DNA of 64,000 bases from Massalongia carnosa. Its lineage: Eukaryota. The position numbers and the translations under genes are program-made. Of the stretch, positions 33,951 through 47,121 are shown in pieces. Position 1 is the stretch's first letter. Every line of letters begins with the position of its first letter. Below the pieces are notes generated by a model, which did not search any database, was not told where the DNA came from, and saw nothing but the letters and a program-made list of their open reading frames with translations. The DNA lies in the NCBI GenBank assembly GCA_965645245.1, contig OZ287087.1:124001-188000 (forward strand), in the 5' to 3' direction.

Positions 33951-35950
33951 GACAATCGCATTGGCTGCTTGCTTATTCGTAGTTATGCATCGTCTGCCTT
34001 TGCGTACAAAGTATTTTGACAAGTGTGTTCAGTGGCAAAGCGAGTCTTCAGTCTGTTTGGGTTAACTGGCACATTGAAGGTTATTGGAATTGGGGAGGGT
34101 TTCTGGACGTTTCTTCGATATGGAAATTAGATATTTGACATATTCTTTTTTGTAAAGCTAACAGAAGTTTATCGTTATCCATCTTGTATTCTAGTCCTTC
34201 ATAAAACTTGAAGAGAAATTTGGAGTTTATTCATGCCCATTCGCTCTATTCATGAACATGATCAAGCTGGAATGTTCCAATGTGATTTATCATTCTAAGC
34301 CATTTTCTCCAAATCATAACGTTGAAAAATGAGACGATAACATACTCAAATGTCATGGCAAGCATATTAGGTGCAATGCTCACAGGCTCAATAACTAATA
34401 TGGCCTATTAAGTGATACAATTCAATTGACGCTTCCTCAATCCTCTGGCCTCGTCGGGTGAAAAGGTATTGACAGACTGATCGACCAGATTTAAGCCGAA
34501 TTGGTAACCTCTCGGAAACCTTGGATACTCCCGGTTACAATCGACTCGTGGGGTAGTAGCTGCACGCTCCATTAGCACTAAAATATTTGACCTGATCAGA
34601 ATTTCCATTAAAGCGAGATCCTAAGGGTGAGCCTCTTCTACAGCCTCGTAGGACATAAGTAGTAACACTCGCGCTTTGCTCTGAAGCAGATCAGCAAACA
34701 CTTGGGATACGACCCTTGATGTTTCGTCAATACTAATACGCTTGTAGAGCTTCCTCAGAGACAATATTATCAGCCATTCATTGATTTCCCAGCTTGTATG
34801 CAGAGGTTCCCGAGAACGTCAGCACAGCCGTCGTTCCCAAAAGCACAGCCTTGGCCCAAGCGAGGCGAAAGTCCAGATGACCTCATCGGTGGTCAGCAAA
34901 TAGGAGCACAATTCAAAAGTAGCTGCCATTCCAGAAGCCTCTATTCCCATCTCATCGGTTGTCTCTTCCGATACGATTTCTGACTCCATACCAATTTGCC
35001 ACCGCCACAGGCCTTTTCTTGCCGAGTGCAGATGCAAACTGCTTTGTCAGCTGGTTTCGGTATTTGGCATCGGTTACTCGTTTTTTAACAGTGAGAGATG
35101 AAGGAATTATTTACATCGACTGGGTGCAAACGAACGGCACGGAACGAAGCGAACATAGGTAAAGCCTAAGTGAAGTGTGGGCCTTTCTTACCTTGAGCTA
35201 GTCTTGTGAGAATGCGGCGTGTAACGTTTCAAAAATCTTCACAGCCCGCAAGAGCTCTTGGCGATGATGTACATAGGGTAAGCACGGCGATACTGTTAGC
35301 GTAGGGACTATTGAAGTGGGCTTTGGGATCATTGGGTTGATCTACTTGATGAGCTGGGATCTTATCATTGATTAGGTACGTGAGGCAAGGACGCTACGTA
35401 AGCCTGACTGATTCACGTCCTATTTGGCATATCAAATTTTATCCAATCCTCTTAGCCCAACTGCATAATGCTGTCTGAGGATCTAAGCCGTACATTGTAA
35501 TGTCTTACATTGTCTACTACGTACGTTGGATGACTGTTGGGTTCGTGAAACTCTTTCCCCCTGTCCGTCGAATGAAATCACCCAAATCGCTTTCATCGAG
35601 CTGGAAATAACATCCTCTACGCCTCCCAACACTGCAATCAAATAATTGATGACCTCCGATCATTTCAGGCTGTCTCAGAACTTGCGAATAGCTGATGAAT
35701 GACACAGCCGGATCATCGAGTATCTTGGCCTTTATCATGGTGCTCATAAGCCTGCTTCAGAGCGTAGGCCTTCAAAGATATAAAGAGAGCTTTGAATCTT
35801 CATCAAAACCACAAGCTTAGACTCATTACAGCAATTTACCAGCTTTTGAATTTGCCATTTTCAAAAACACTTTTCATCACTTTAAGCCGATACCTTCAAA
35901 TCAACTTCTTTCTGAAAAGCACAATTTCCCTCGCCTGTAACATCGATATT

Positions 35951-36616
35951 ATGCATACTTCAATCGTCACCATTCTCGCTGCCGGCAGCTTCTACAGCCT
36001 TTCTTGCTCGGCAGCACCCCAACCCCAAACAACCGGTGCGATCTCATTTGTTGTGGGTCAGCTCGATTCCAATGGCCAGATCGACTGGTGGCCAGCCGAA
36101 AATGGAGGGCGCACGGCTACTATTCCTGCCGACCTCGTCTCATCAGCCCAGCCAGGCTCTACGAAAAGAGTAGTTGTCCGTCACGGTCCTAGCGCCGATG
36201 TTGATGGCTTCACCAATATTGGACAGATTGCAGGCAATGCAGCATCCTACGCCTGCGAAAAAAATGGTGCCTACGGAGTCAGCAGCACCATTGAATCTCT
36301 CGCCACTGATGCCTGCTCCACATTTCTAAAGTCAGTCCCTGGCGCGCCTGTGGCGGAGAAAGCCTGGAACGTTTGGCAATCGCCCAGCAAACCAGGAGCG
36401 AGCGGAAATCAGATCGTGACCACCTTCCGCTGGTTCTACAACAGCGCGAGTGCCCCTTCGCTCACGGACACCGTTTGCAGTACCGTTTATCAGCAGCTTA
36501 CGAGTGTTTTCTGCCAGGGCAAGGGAGATCAAGGTACAGACACCAGAGGCGGCGAGATCAAGATTGGAACTGGTGATGATTACCTCATGATTGGTCTTGA
36601 TCCCAACGGCGCTTAG
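35951..36616 (+). CDS. Small secreted protein, 221 aa, effector candidate
   Basis: TATAAA at about 35780, signal peptide MHTSIVTILAAGSFYSLSCSA-AP, Kex2-like KR, four Cys in the mature domain, and C-terminal TRGG...DPN. Confidence 0.85.
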   Translation: MHTSIVTILAAGSFYSLSCSAAPQPQTTGAISFVVGQLDSNGQIDWWPAENGGRTATIPADLVSSAQPGSTKRVVVRHGPSADVDGFTNIGQIAGNAASYACEKNGAYGVSSTIESLATDACSTFLKSVPGAPVAEKAWNVWQSPSKPGASGNQIVTTFRWFYNSASAPSLTDTVCSTVYQQLTSVFCQGKGDQGTDTRGGEIKIGTGDDYLMIGLDPNGA

Positions 36617-36978
36617 ATGGCAGCAAATGATAGAACCTTACGGTCGAGAGATCGGTACAATCAGGATTATTGACAGTTTGGGAATTACCAATAGCAAATA
36701 TTTTTGGTACGAAGGAAGAGGGGTTTCGTGGCATTTTTGACATAGCAACAATTTTTATTTCATATAGAATTGAAAACAAGTATCTGGAATACGTCGCGCA
36801 ACGGGTTGGATTAAACCCGTCGGGTTACAAAACCCGTCGGATTTGTTGAATATGATGATTCATGTGTAAGTATAGTAGCAAGATTGTTATTGAAGATAAT
36901 TATCTATGTGGGTTGTCTACCTGCTTTTATAGCAGTCACAAAGCAGTAACATAACAGTGACGTTGTAGACTCCTCATA

Positions 36979-37160
36979 CAGTACTAGGTCAAAAGTTTCT
37001 GAAAGCCCTCCCAACAACTTTTTACCCCCTTCACTGCTTTGAATTACCAATCATTAAGTTTTTATTTTGATGTCTTGAAACTTCGTATGATGAATACATA
37101 TATTCTAACAAGAAATTTGAGCTGAGAAAAATCTTTTTAATATTTCGTATATCATTCTTT
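36979..37160 (-). mobile_element. 3' end fragment of a Tc1/mariner element
   Basis: TA followed by CAGTACTAGGTCAAAAGT resembles the TIR at 49907. The minus strand encodes the terminal YTKY-stop. Confidence 0.7.
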
Positions 37161-37354
37161 TTGTAACAGTGGTAACAAGTCAACTAAGCCACTGAGCCAA
37201 AAGGCTACTATGGTAGTTCTCCTATGGAGACACTACCGCTTATTATACTACATATAGGTGCCCCGCGCCCGGTACGTCACCGTACCTCCTTAGGCGCTCA
37301 TGTACATATTACGCCCGCTGGCTAGCAGTACTGAGTACCGCTGTAACACATGTA

Positions 37355-38692
37355 TAGTCCCGTGCCAAAAGTCTGCGGCCCAACCCGTAATTTTCGTGAT
37401 TTCGCGTTTTCAACTCATCAACCCCCCATCTTCCACCTCATCATTTCACCATGCTTTGTGCTTCTTTGACCCCCATAAATGGTAATCGGCCTCGTAGCAC
37501 TGAATTGACGCCATATCAACGTGGTATGATTGTTGGGGCCCAGGCGTTGGGGCACACACCGACCGAGATTGGGAAGACTCTTAATTTCACTAAATCGACC
37601 GTGCAGAGCACCATTCAGAAGCACTCAATTCGCAACGACGGCGTGTCTAAATCACGTTCTGGACGGCCTGAAGTGCTGTCAGAACGCGATCGACGTTATA
37701 TCATCAAGCATGCACGAATCAATCCACGAATCACTTATGCACAAATCAAACTAGAAGTGGGGCTCCGCTGCAGTCCTACGACCATTCATCAGGCACTCAA
37801 ACTGTATGGTTTAACCAACTAGGTGGCTAAAAAACGACCTTTATTGACGCCTGAGGTGGCCAAGCAACGATTGGATTGGTGCTTGCTGCGGCGTGAGTGG
37901 ACTTTTGAGCAGTGGTCAAGAGTTATATGGTCAGATGAGTGCTCGGTGGAAAAGCGGTCAAGAAAACAGCGTCAGTGGGTGTTCAGATTGCCGAAAGAAA
38001 AATGGAATAAAGAGATGATACAACCTGTCCCCAAAGGCAAAGGAGTCAGTGTCATGGTCTTGGCAGCTTTTTGGGGAGATAACAGGTCAGATCTTTACAA
38101 ATTGGCTCGTGATTTTGCTGCGAAGAAGATGGGGTACTCGGCGAACTCATATATAGAATTATTGAACGATTATCTGCTTGGAATTTGGTAACCGGGCCTC
38201 ATTTTCATGCAGAATAACGCACCTATACATAAGGCTAAAAAGGTGATGGAATGGTTCAATGAGAACGGCATAGAGGTCATCGATTGGCCCCCCTATTCAC
38301 CTGATTTATATCCCAACGAGCACGTTTGGTATATGCTCAAAAAGCTCGTCTATCAAGTCAACCCGAACATAGATTTGGTAAGCGGCAGTGATGAAACTGT
38401 TCGTGAGGTACTTTGGAAAGCGTTAGAAGAAGCCTGGACGTTGATAGATGTGAAAATGATGAGGAGGTAAATAGAGAGCATGAATAGGAGGATAAAAGCG
38501 TGTATAGCGTCGGAAGGATGGTATACTAAATATTAAAAATCAATTTTTAGGGGAATTTTTTTTTAGTATGTATGTAATCATTATATAAAGTTTCAAGACA
38601 TTTCAGCAATCGTGACGTGGTTGATTGTTGATTGAATAGAATGATTGAAATGTTGGTGGGGTGCGGGGCCGCAGACTTTTGGCCTAGTACTG
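37355..38692 (+). mobile_element. Tc1/mariner element copy A with pseudogenised DDE transposase
   Basis: TA-flanked, imperfect TIRs sharing GCCAAAAGTCTGCGGCCC. Motifs IWSDE, MQNNAPIH and WPPYSPDLYPNE. Stops at 37820, 38189 and 38468. Confidence 0.95.
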
Positions 38693-38762
38693 TAGACAGA
38701 TCTCAATAGAACACACCTTCATGCAGTCTTCTCTCCTCCATACCTGATATAACATTTAACTA
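38693..38762 (+). repeat. ~70-bp dispersed repeat, three copies in the window
   Basis: TAGACAGATCTCAATAGAAC...CATTTAACTA also occurs at 48830-48900 (+) and 63524-63593 (-). Confidence 0.9.
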
Positions 38763-39049
38763 GAATCAAGTGATAAAATCGAGAAACTGCACGCAATATT
38801 TTTATAAACGATGATTCAGTTATTATCGTTACCGGTTATCACAAATCTCAAAGACAATCAGGCACTCGTCCTATTGCGAGATTTTTACCTCCTGCGGTTG
38901 GTCAACTCCTGATGAAATATTTGATTTACATACCAAGCTTTCTCCGCTTTCTTAATCGTTGCGTGTAGCGCTTTCTTTATCGTTGCGTGTAGTCTAATCT
39001 GGGTCCTTGAGGATTTTTTTTGCAAGCAAGGAGTCTGTTTGGTCGGGAA

Positions 39050-40346
39050 ATATTTTGGCAGATGCTTTGAGGCGTATGACTCGTCTTTATCTATCTGATA
39101 TGATTAATTGAGTTGGGGATCCCATTCAACACAACTATTAGAGATCAGATTTACTTAATCGGCGTACTAGTACATGTGATCACTCGGGACCTTCCGCGAG
39201 TGACGTTTCTGCTAGTACTGCAAGTATCCGTGCTAGGGCTCCGATTTGAAAAGAACACTGAAAGTTTGCCTAACCCGATCGGGCGAAACTTTCACTGTCA
39301 TCTTCATGAGTGAAACTGTAATACGGATGGCGTTAGAGGGATACGTGATCGCCTATGGCGGTTGCGGGATTAACTAGCGTGGACCATGCCGTAGTACGAA
39401 GTCGCATAAGCCGTCGAGGCTGACACACTGCCATCTTGCCCCGAAACTTCGGAGTTATTGTTATCACGTTCTTGACTACTTACAGATCAAACACCTGTCG
39501 AGGCCGTGGTGGTAGATTGCCATGGAGTGTAAGGCGGACTCCTGTGGAGACGCCAAGGAACTCTATATGGGATCTACTGGCCTACTCGGAGCTACTGGAT
39601 CTCTTGATGGTTCAAGAGAGGTAGCAGGAGGCACGGCTCGCTGGACGCAGCTTGAGCTAGGCTCCCTGGTGTAAACTTCAGCTTCAACCTTTATTACTAC
39701 GTTGGTAGTGATGTCGGCTGAATGAACCTACATGACCTCGTTGTCTAGACCTTGTGTTTAGAGGCAGGTCCGCAGTGTAGCGAGGTATTCAGTCGGAGGT
39801 AACCTTCCATCACTAGGTAGTGGTGACGGCGAAATGAAGCTACATAGCCTGAGGCATGTAGTGAGGGATCTAGCCGGGGGTAGAATTGTTCTACCTTGCA
39901 AGGGAAGGTCTAGAAGGCTGCTCGAGGCTGACTAGATGATCCAGCGAACGCCGAGTTCGTGGATGGATCCTGAGGGATGGTTGGATGTAATGCGATAAAG
40001 TCGGATGTGGATTGCAAGGCTGTAATGCTCGCAAGACTCCCAAGGCTTGCAAGGCTCCTAAGGTTCCAAGGCTCCCAAGGCTATAGGCTTGGGGTGAGTA
40101 GGATAAATATCAGAACGAATCTTGTAGTATTCGTTAGCAATTAGTCTTTATTCTATGAACAACCTACGTTTGGGTCTCGGACGAGATCTCTTGGTCTAAG
40201 CACTTCCACATCCATTAGTTCTTTGGATCACGTATACTCTCGGAGACTAGCACGTAGTAGCTATCTTCCTCCTCTCACGCTGAGCATTTCCCCTTTCGAG
40301 ATCAGTGTCGCTCGTGATAAGCTTACTGGTCTCGTAGCCCATTACA
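39050..40346 (-). mobile_element. Possible degenerate LTR-element 5' remnant
   Basis: TG...CA segment at 40123-40346 adjoining GC-rich sequence with short internal repeats. No recognisable protein motif. Confidence 0.3.
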
Positions 40347-40367
40347 TAAACTTTCATGGATTATTTA

Positions 40368-42496
40368 CAGGGGGGGAGGGGGTGGGTAGGGAGGTGCGGA
40401 AAGGGGGAAAAGCGGGGAAAAGTCAGCAAATAGTAAACTTAAAAAGTACGTAATTTTGCCGGTTATCGTCATACAATTAATTGTATGTATTTCTACTTAT
40501 TCAACCCATGATCTCGCTGAATCACCTCCTATTTCTTGCCTGGCCGGACGTTTCGATGACGTCAAGGACTCCTGAATGACAATTTCATCCTGCAGCAATC
40601 TGTCTTCCATTTCACATATATCGCTTTCGTTAATATCGATGCCAGCAAATTGTAACTTCTTTTTGATATCCCCAGGTCGGTTGAGGGTACGCTCCTTCAT
40701 GTAGATAAACATGAGTTTATCTACGCTTATCGAGCTCATGGAATTGCGCGTTTTATTTATGATCAGATTCATTACCGACCAGCTTCTTTCGGCAAATACC
40801 GAATTACCAGGAAGTTTCATCACCTTTCTGGCTAAGCTGCTAAGGGTTGATGCAAAATTTCTGCTGAATTTCCAAAACAGCTCAGGATCCATTTGATACG
40901 CCCAGCATTCGGAGCTTGTATAAAAGCCATCTTCCTGATCGCGAAATGCGAGCCATTGCTTCATGGCAGTAGCTGCCTCTGCACTAGTCAGATGTTGATT
41001 GAAAAATCTATGCATTAGCGGAGCAAATTTCGGCTCCGTAGATACGCCAATCACCTTTATAGCATGATTCTGAGGAAGCACAAAAGCTGCTACCACATGA
41101 AGCTCAGTAATCTGACTGAGATATCTGTCTTCCCAAATCACCTGAGCAATATGATTCAAATCCGTCTCGTCGTCTTCATTGGCAGCCATTAAATACTGAT
41201 GAGATCGAATCTTATTCCAGGTATTGGCTATGGTATAAAGTTTATGCTCTTCGGCCTCGGACATGTATTGAAACTGATGTATGGGATCCATCACTTTCTT
41301 GACAATGGTCAGCTTTTTCCAAAAAGAAAAGTCATTGACGAAGCTTCTCGAAGAATTCTTTCTTCCCTGATCAATGCCTGGATTCTTTTGTTGAAAATAA
41401 TCCAATTAGGCCTGCTGATTCCTGAGGACTGAGTTTAATAAGCCGATCGTCGTTCCCTATCTGGTAAGAACGTTAAGAATCAATGAACGACCTTGTTGAT
41501 AGGCCTAGAAGTTTGATCATCAGAAAGGTTGGTCATCAGAAAGTTTAATAATTCAAGAATTTGGCATACCTTCATTTGATAACCCCTTAAAATAGATATT
41601 TCCTTATTCGACCCCCGAAAGCTGGTTACTATCAATTGTGCCTTTTCTATAACCTCCGAAAAGAATGGAAATTTCAGTATGTGTCCCATCAGCAATTGCA
41701 GACCATAAATGTCGCAGGGAACGAAAAACACGTGTTTCATCTCTGGAAATTTTGCTATCTCCGTCCACATAGCCTTCATGGTTGCACACGTATCAGTGGC
41801 AATGCAATTGATTCTCCAAAGCTGATCGTTGGTTGCTTCCCTGCAACATTTTATCACCCATTGAGCTTTAACGACAGCACTCATCTTCTCGGCAACACCA
41901 GCATCAGCTTTAAATTGAGATCTTCCTCCATTGGAGGTGGCGGACGGGGGAACATGACAATAGAGATTTATAATACGTTCTTTTCGAATGTTAGCTGTCT
42001 CGTCAGTGAAGAAGTTCAGGTAATTAGAAGCATTCAATTCCTTGATAACTTTCGATTTAACGATGCCATAGATTTCGTCCAACAGCTTGCCAGCAACAAG
42101 GCCAGAATGAGGAGGTTTATAGCCCGGATTAAGTGCCTGATGATGAGCAATAACGTACGAATTTTCGAAGTGGTTAAATGGCAGATTTGTCATATAGACA
42201 GACATCGCAGCTGCTCGATATACTAATGCAATTTGGGCTTGATTAAGGGGACGAATCAAGGTAGTGATGGGCAGTTGAATAGAGGCATTACTGAGAATAC
42301 CCTTCTGTTTTCTAGCTTTCTCTTTTTGATAGGCATCACATTGATTTAGATGCTGTTGTCCCTTAGCAGCATTTCTGGTTAATTGATGACCGCAATGAAT
42401 GCATTGATGTTGAGGATTTTTTAAGCCCTCAGTAATGATATACTTGAAATTCTTATCTACCAGGTGATTTTTCTGACGTCCACCTCGTTGAGACAT
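40368..42496 (-). mobile_element. hAT transposon with pseudogenised transposase
   Basis: BED finger QCIHC...HLNQC, FTDET, TDTC, CDIYG (CxxH variant), intron at 41505-41569, TR*GT (RW motif with stop) and dimerisation motif NSVFAERSWS. CAGGGG terminus at 40368; the other TIR was not found. Confidence 0.9.
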
Positions 42497-42779
42497 AATA
42501 GATGATAATAGAAAGATTCCTGATTATAAGTGCAATTACCTAGTAAATCGAGGTACTCCGATATTCTACTAATTGTCGTATAAGTTATGTGTGCTTAGGT
42601 AATTAATTTCCAAAAATTCAGGGTCCATGTCAGCACGTGTTGAATTTTTCGTGTCATCTTGTCAAAAGAGCGAAATTTTCGGAGCCCTAATCCGTGCCAC
42701 CCACATCGCTCGGGTCGCCTCGCTTAGTGCTAGCCAGCCATACAACCCAAAATGCTACTCCTCTATATACATCGGGGTT

Positions 42780-43520
42780 TTTTTCAACAATTCCATCAGT
42801 ACTTTCTCCTATCTTTTATGCTATTCATACTTTTGGTCATCTTCAACTTTCGATGAGCTTTGGTTTGTTTAGCAACCTTGCCCAGAGCCAAAGAATATCG
42901 CTTTTCCCATACGATCATTCGATCCTTCTCCCTCTGAGCCTCCTGATTCTGTCTATCACGAATCATTGGTCGAGCCTTTCGTGCAGTAAGTATGCCCCCA
43001 ATCTGAAGTACCTTATTGCTCTCTCGTTTGCGTGCTTTTCGAACTTTTTGGCCTTTGTTTGTTGATCCATCGTTGTTCGAGAAGTTCTCCTTTTCGGACT
43101 TCCGAAACAGCCCCCTTTACAAATTTTGCTATCATTTGTCTAAGTTCATCCGAACAACGGGAATGCATCATAATGTCTGCGGCTACTGTACTCAATTGTC
43201 TGACAGTCCTAGGGGGTCTCTTGTATTGATTGAATCGACGAGGGTAGGGTAATCTCGCGGGGGGGTGGTAAACTCTCTCTGACCTTTTGAAGAACCACCT
43301 CTGGATTATATGGAATTAGGCCTGTTTTTCTCCATGCAGACGTAATCGTTGTTGATTTGAAGGCCTTTGCCCGAAAGGTGTTGAATGCAGCTAGAAATTC
43401 CACTTTTGAGAACGTTTCATCACCGTTCTGAATGGCCTCATTGACAGCCTCGGAATGCCAATGCTTTAAAGGCTCAAACACACATACATCAAGCGGTTGC
43501 AATAAGTGAGTGGATATGCC
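42780..43520 (-). pseudogene. pogo/Fot1 transposase 3' fragment
   Basis: LQPLDVCVFEPLKHWH...AWRKTGLIPYNPEVVL. Confidence 0.85.
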
Positions 43521-43529
43521 ACAGAACTT

Positions 43530-44080
43530 AGCAAATCAAGGCCCCCGCGGCGAAATCTATCCTCACTCAACACGCCTCCTTCGAGCTCGACCTCATCCTT
43601 ATTCGCCTCAGTCTCTCTCTTCCCTTCGACCTCATCGACGATCTTTTCGACCTCGGGCTCCGATCCGCGAGTGAGATCGAAGGTCATTTGTCAAGAGACC
43701 GCATAAGGTGGGCTATCAAAAAACCAGCGGGCGTGAATGAGGGAAACGGGAATAGGGATCGAGTCGATGATGCATTTATACAATCAGCATTTATATAGGA
43801 GACCGTACCTTAAAGGCAATTCACAATCATAAACACAGCTTCCACCATCAGGGACAATAGAAAGGATTCGTTCAGCTAATGATTTGGCGGCATCGAGTTC
43901 TCTTGAAACGAGGTCAATGGCATGATGCGTAATTTTCTCAATGAGAAGCGTAAAAGAATTTCTATCGATCAATCTAGGATTGCGTATTCGCTGTTGATTG
44001 CACAAAATCTCCTGATCTAATTGTTTTTTCCGCACCTCATCACACATTTTCTGCACCGATTGTCTTATAGGCAAGGGCAA
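43530..44080 (-). pseudogene. MULE transposase fragment paralogous to 21191-21919
   Basis: SVQKMCDEV...NQQRIRNPRLIDR...IDLVSRELDAAK...CVYDCELPLRYGL aligns with that ORF. Confidence 0.85.
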
Positions 44081-44131
44081 ATGGTAAGTGAGGGTGAGGG
44101 TGAGGGTATGCTTTATCAGACTGAGTAGGGT

Positions 44132-44618
44132 TGTCATGAAATGCCTCCGACCTCACCACGTGCCTCTATCACGTGCCTCGATCTGATGACTACTCACGGA
44201 CGTCGTGCCATGCCTTCGGGACCCTCATATCATTCTTCGAATTCGCCGATTACTGATCATTAATCAGCCTCGCATTGATGATTTATTCCCGTCTTTCGAC
44301 TATTATCATGTCTAATAGCTTCGCATTGATGTTTGACATCTCCCGTCTCCTCGCTGACCCCATCGTGCTTATTGCCGCTATAATGCCCCTCATTCATCAT
44401 CGCACTGACTAGACATCATTCGCCGCCACCCTAGAAAGATGAATATGGGAGGACAAAGATATAAGAAAGAAGCCGAATCATGGAAGTTCTGATTCTTTGT
44501 CGAACGTCTTGAATAGCCAACCTAGCCTAGCCTAGATTCATAGCTATAGACTCAATCAATAAGCTTGACCATCAACCCACCTTGCCTTTGCCCTTGCCCT
44601 CGACCTGATTTCGTGACA
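44132..44618 (+). repeat. Solo LTR (Gypsy-type) with non-matching flanks
   Basis: TGTCATGAAAT...TTCGTGACA. Shares TTGTCGAACGTCTTG with the LTR at 63594. Confidence 0.75.
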
Positions 44619-44860
44619 AGTAAGGCATACGGCGATTTTCTGACGAAGCGCAAATGAATTCAATCAATATTTGTCGGGAAGCGGTATCAATTACAGATTT
44701 AGGTCCGCATCGAAATATCTTTTGTGGAGTGAATCGACTAACGGTGCATGCATACTAGACCTGACGAATGGTGATTTGTAAACGCTCAGCAATTTGTGCA
44801 TAACTCAATCCCATATCGCGCAAAATAAAAGCTTGAAGACGTTGATCTCTAGATAAATCA
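44619..44860 (-). pseudogene. Tc1/mariner transposase N-terminal fragment
   Basis: Diverged copy of about 8943-9190. Confidence 0.8.
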
Positions 44861-45407
44861 TATTGTTTTTTTAGGAGTAGCAAGTATCATGGTATGAGCG
44901 CGAGATGCTCTGCTAAACGATACCTCCCTACACGTTAAATGTTTTAGGTATCGCGTTAGCCTTAGTGGGGAGCTAATCGCATTCAGGTAAGGAAATAGGT
45001 TCCGGGAGTTACATGGAAAATCTCTGCAGCAATTGATGCTTTCTTCCTTGTGTTCGTCTTGTCTATCTAGTATAGTCATAAGCTAGCAATGCCACCACCT
45101 TCACCACCTGAATAGGCCCCCCGTTGTCGCCTCGTCACAGCAAGCAGGCTCCATAGTTTACGATAATTAAAAATAATGCTGATGCTGATGCTGATACTCT
45201 GCACTCGTTAGCAGAAATATTAGCGTGTTTTTACCCCTGTTTGTACCGCGCTAACAAAAAATCCCTCGGGGACCATAGTAGAGAGTTTTCATCTAACGCT
45301 TTCTCGTTTTGTCCTAGCTTTAGTCCGTCGAAGCGATACGATAAAGCGGGAAACTTAGGTTAGGAATCGAACTCACGACTAGTACACCGATTGATGACTA
45401 AGTATTC

Positions 45408-45845
45408 TGTGACGAAGCGAGATAGTGAATAGATTTCTACTATTGCGCCACCTGTCTATCCCGACCAAAAGGTACAATACTTAGTCCGCAAATAAAGCTC
45501 TATTTGTTGATTATTCAACTCCTACTAGTACAGTGAACACCTACCAGTTCAATGAACATAGTACCTACGACTGCCCAAGATTGACAGAGCACCTACAGAA
45601 ACCGTAGATGCAGTATTAGGCTTAGCCTAGAGATTAGATAAGATCGGCTCGGATAATCTTATCACCTCGCTTAGCACAGGGTGACCAGTTATGGGACAAA
45701 GACTGCTGAACAGCACTCTTCATCCTTAACATCACGGTCATACGTACCATTTTTATCATAGTAATATAGCAATAGTCATATACCTATTTTAACACTATTC
45801 TACTATAACTGGGACTCCCGCTATTTTCGCTGTAGGTCCTGCCGT
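45408..45845. repeat. Nested solo LTRs
   Basis: A copy of the 49972-50142 LTR is interrupted by a 290-bp solo LTR at 45505-45794 (TGTTGA...TTAACA, TSD CTATT) and cut again at 45846. Confidence 0.85.
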
Positions 45846-46188
45846 TGTAGAGGGGTGGAGCGGTGAACACTCAATAATCTCTAAGACTGCTAGCAAGGAT
45901 CGGAACAAGGTTTGTCCGGAAGGGCCTCGGCGAGGGCCTCGGTTATAGAGTCAGGTGATAGAGTTTTGCTTTCATACATAAAAGGGTCGTCTTGTACATA
46001 GATCATCATGAATACACAGTAGCATAGCTATATATACAGTCACTTAAAGCAATTGAAGTCGCAACGCACTGGGCACGAGACGCGAGGCATGCAGTGATCA
46101 TTCTATTCATCTACTATATCAGACTATTTGTTCTATCTTAAATTTGTTCTGTTCTTTTGCACCTCCAGCTATAGTAGACCACGCATGC

Positions 46189-46542
46189 TGTCACGGTGCG
46201 AGGTCGGGTAGGAATTCGGGTGGTGCAAACGTGTTACTTGATTGTCTAGCTAGGTGGACAAGACGTTCGACAAGGAGAAAAGAAACAGAAAATCCAATGT
46301 GGGCGAGTATAAGACTCTTGCGAACGGAACTAGTCCCAATACAGCCGTTGATTCAATTTCCCCAAGTCCCTAGCATGAAACTATCGCCATGACACTATTG
46401 ATAGTCGGAACACTTACCTTTGCCCTGACTGAACCGGATTAAGCTTAGTTCCTTTCGGAGCGGCTAACCAGCTAGTGCTTCGTTCAAGCAGCTAAGGTTG
46501 ATTCAATAAACTAACTGGCAGGTGCCCAGTCACTCCATGACA
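46189..46542 (-). repeat. Solo LTR, same family as 63594-63939
   Basis: TGTCA...TGACA, near-identical reverse complement of 63594-63939. Flanks CATGC and CACAC. Confidence 0.9.
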
Positions 46543-47121
46543 CACACCACCCAGTTTAACCTTCCACACCGTCCGTACCACATATGGTCAAACCGTTATA
46601 AGAACAATAAAATACATGATGATAAACAAAAGAAATGCTACTTGTTTTTCTCAAAAGAATTAGTCAAGATGCGTCGTCTAACGAGTCGAGATGGGTCGGG
46701 TTTTGATTAGTCGAACCCGATTAACTATGGGGTTAGGAAATCATTCCCGGGTTAACCCGTTTGACTCGTTCGACCAGGTAGATTTTATGTCGATTTTAAA
46801 TTGTTTTTTAGACGTTTTGAACACATTTTAAACTACTGAAAATTCTGAAATAAAGTTATCAAGAAATGATAATTAGTAAGCAAAATTTTTACAATTTTAA
46901 ACGTCATAATAATAATAATGATAATTCTTATTCCGATGTGGTACCGGCCGAGGGCCGGCCCATGCGGGAAAGTCTATGGTATAATATAATACATGGAAAA
47001 CCTTTTGAGGAAGAAAAACCAAGTAATCCAATACTTCTGTTAAATTATCCTCCAACCCCTTTGCGGGTGTAGCGCAGCCCTGCGAGCCTTGGCGCGCTAT
47101 GCAGTATATAATAGCCATGTA

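Noticed and set aside
34400..35750. Short ORFs between the two secreted genes
   Set aside because: Under 80 aa with no motifs; treated as intergenic.
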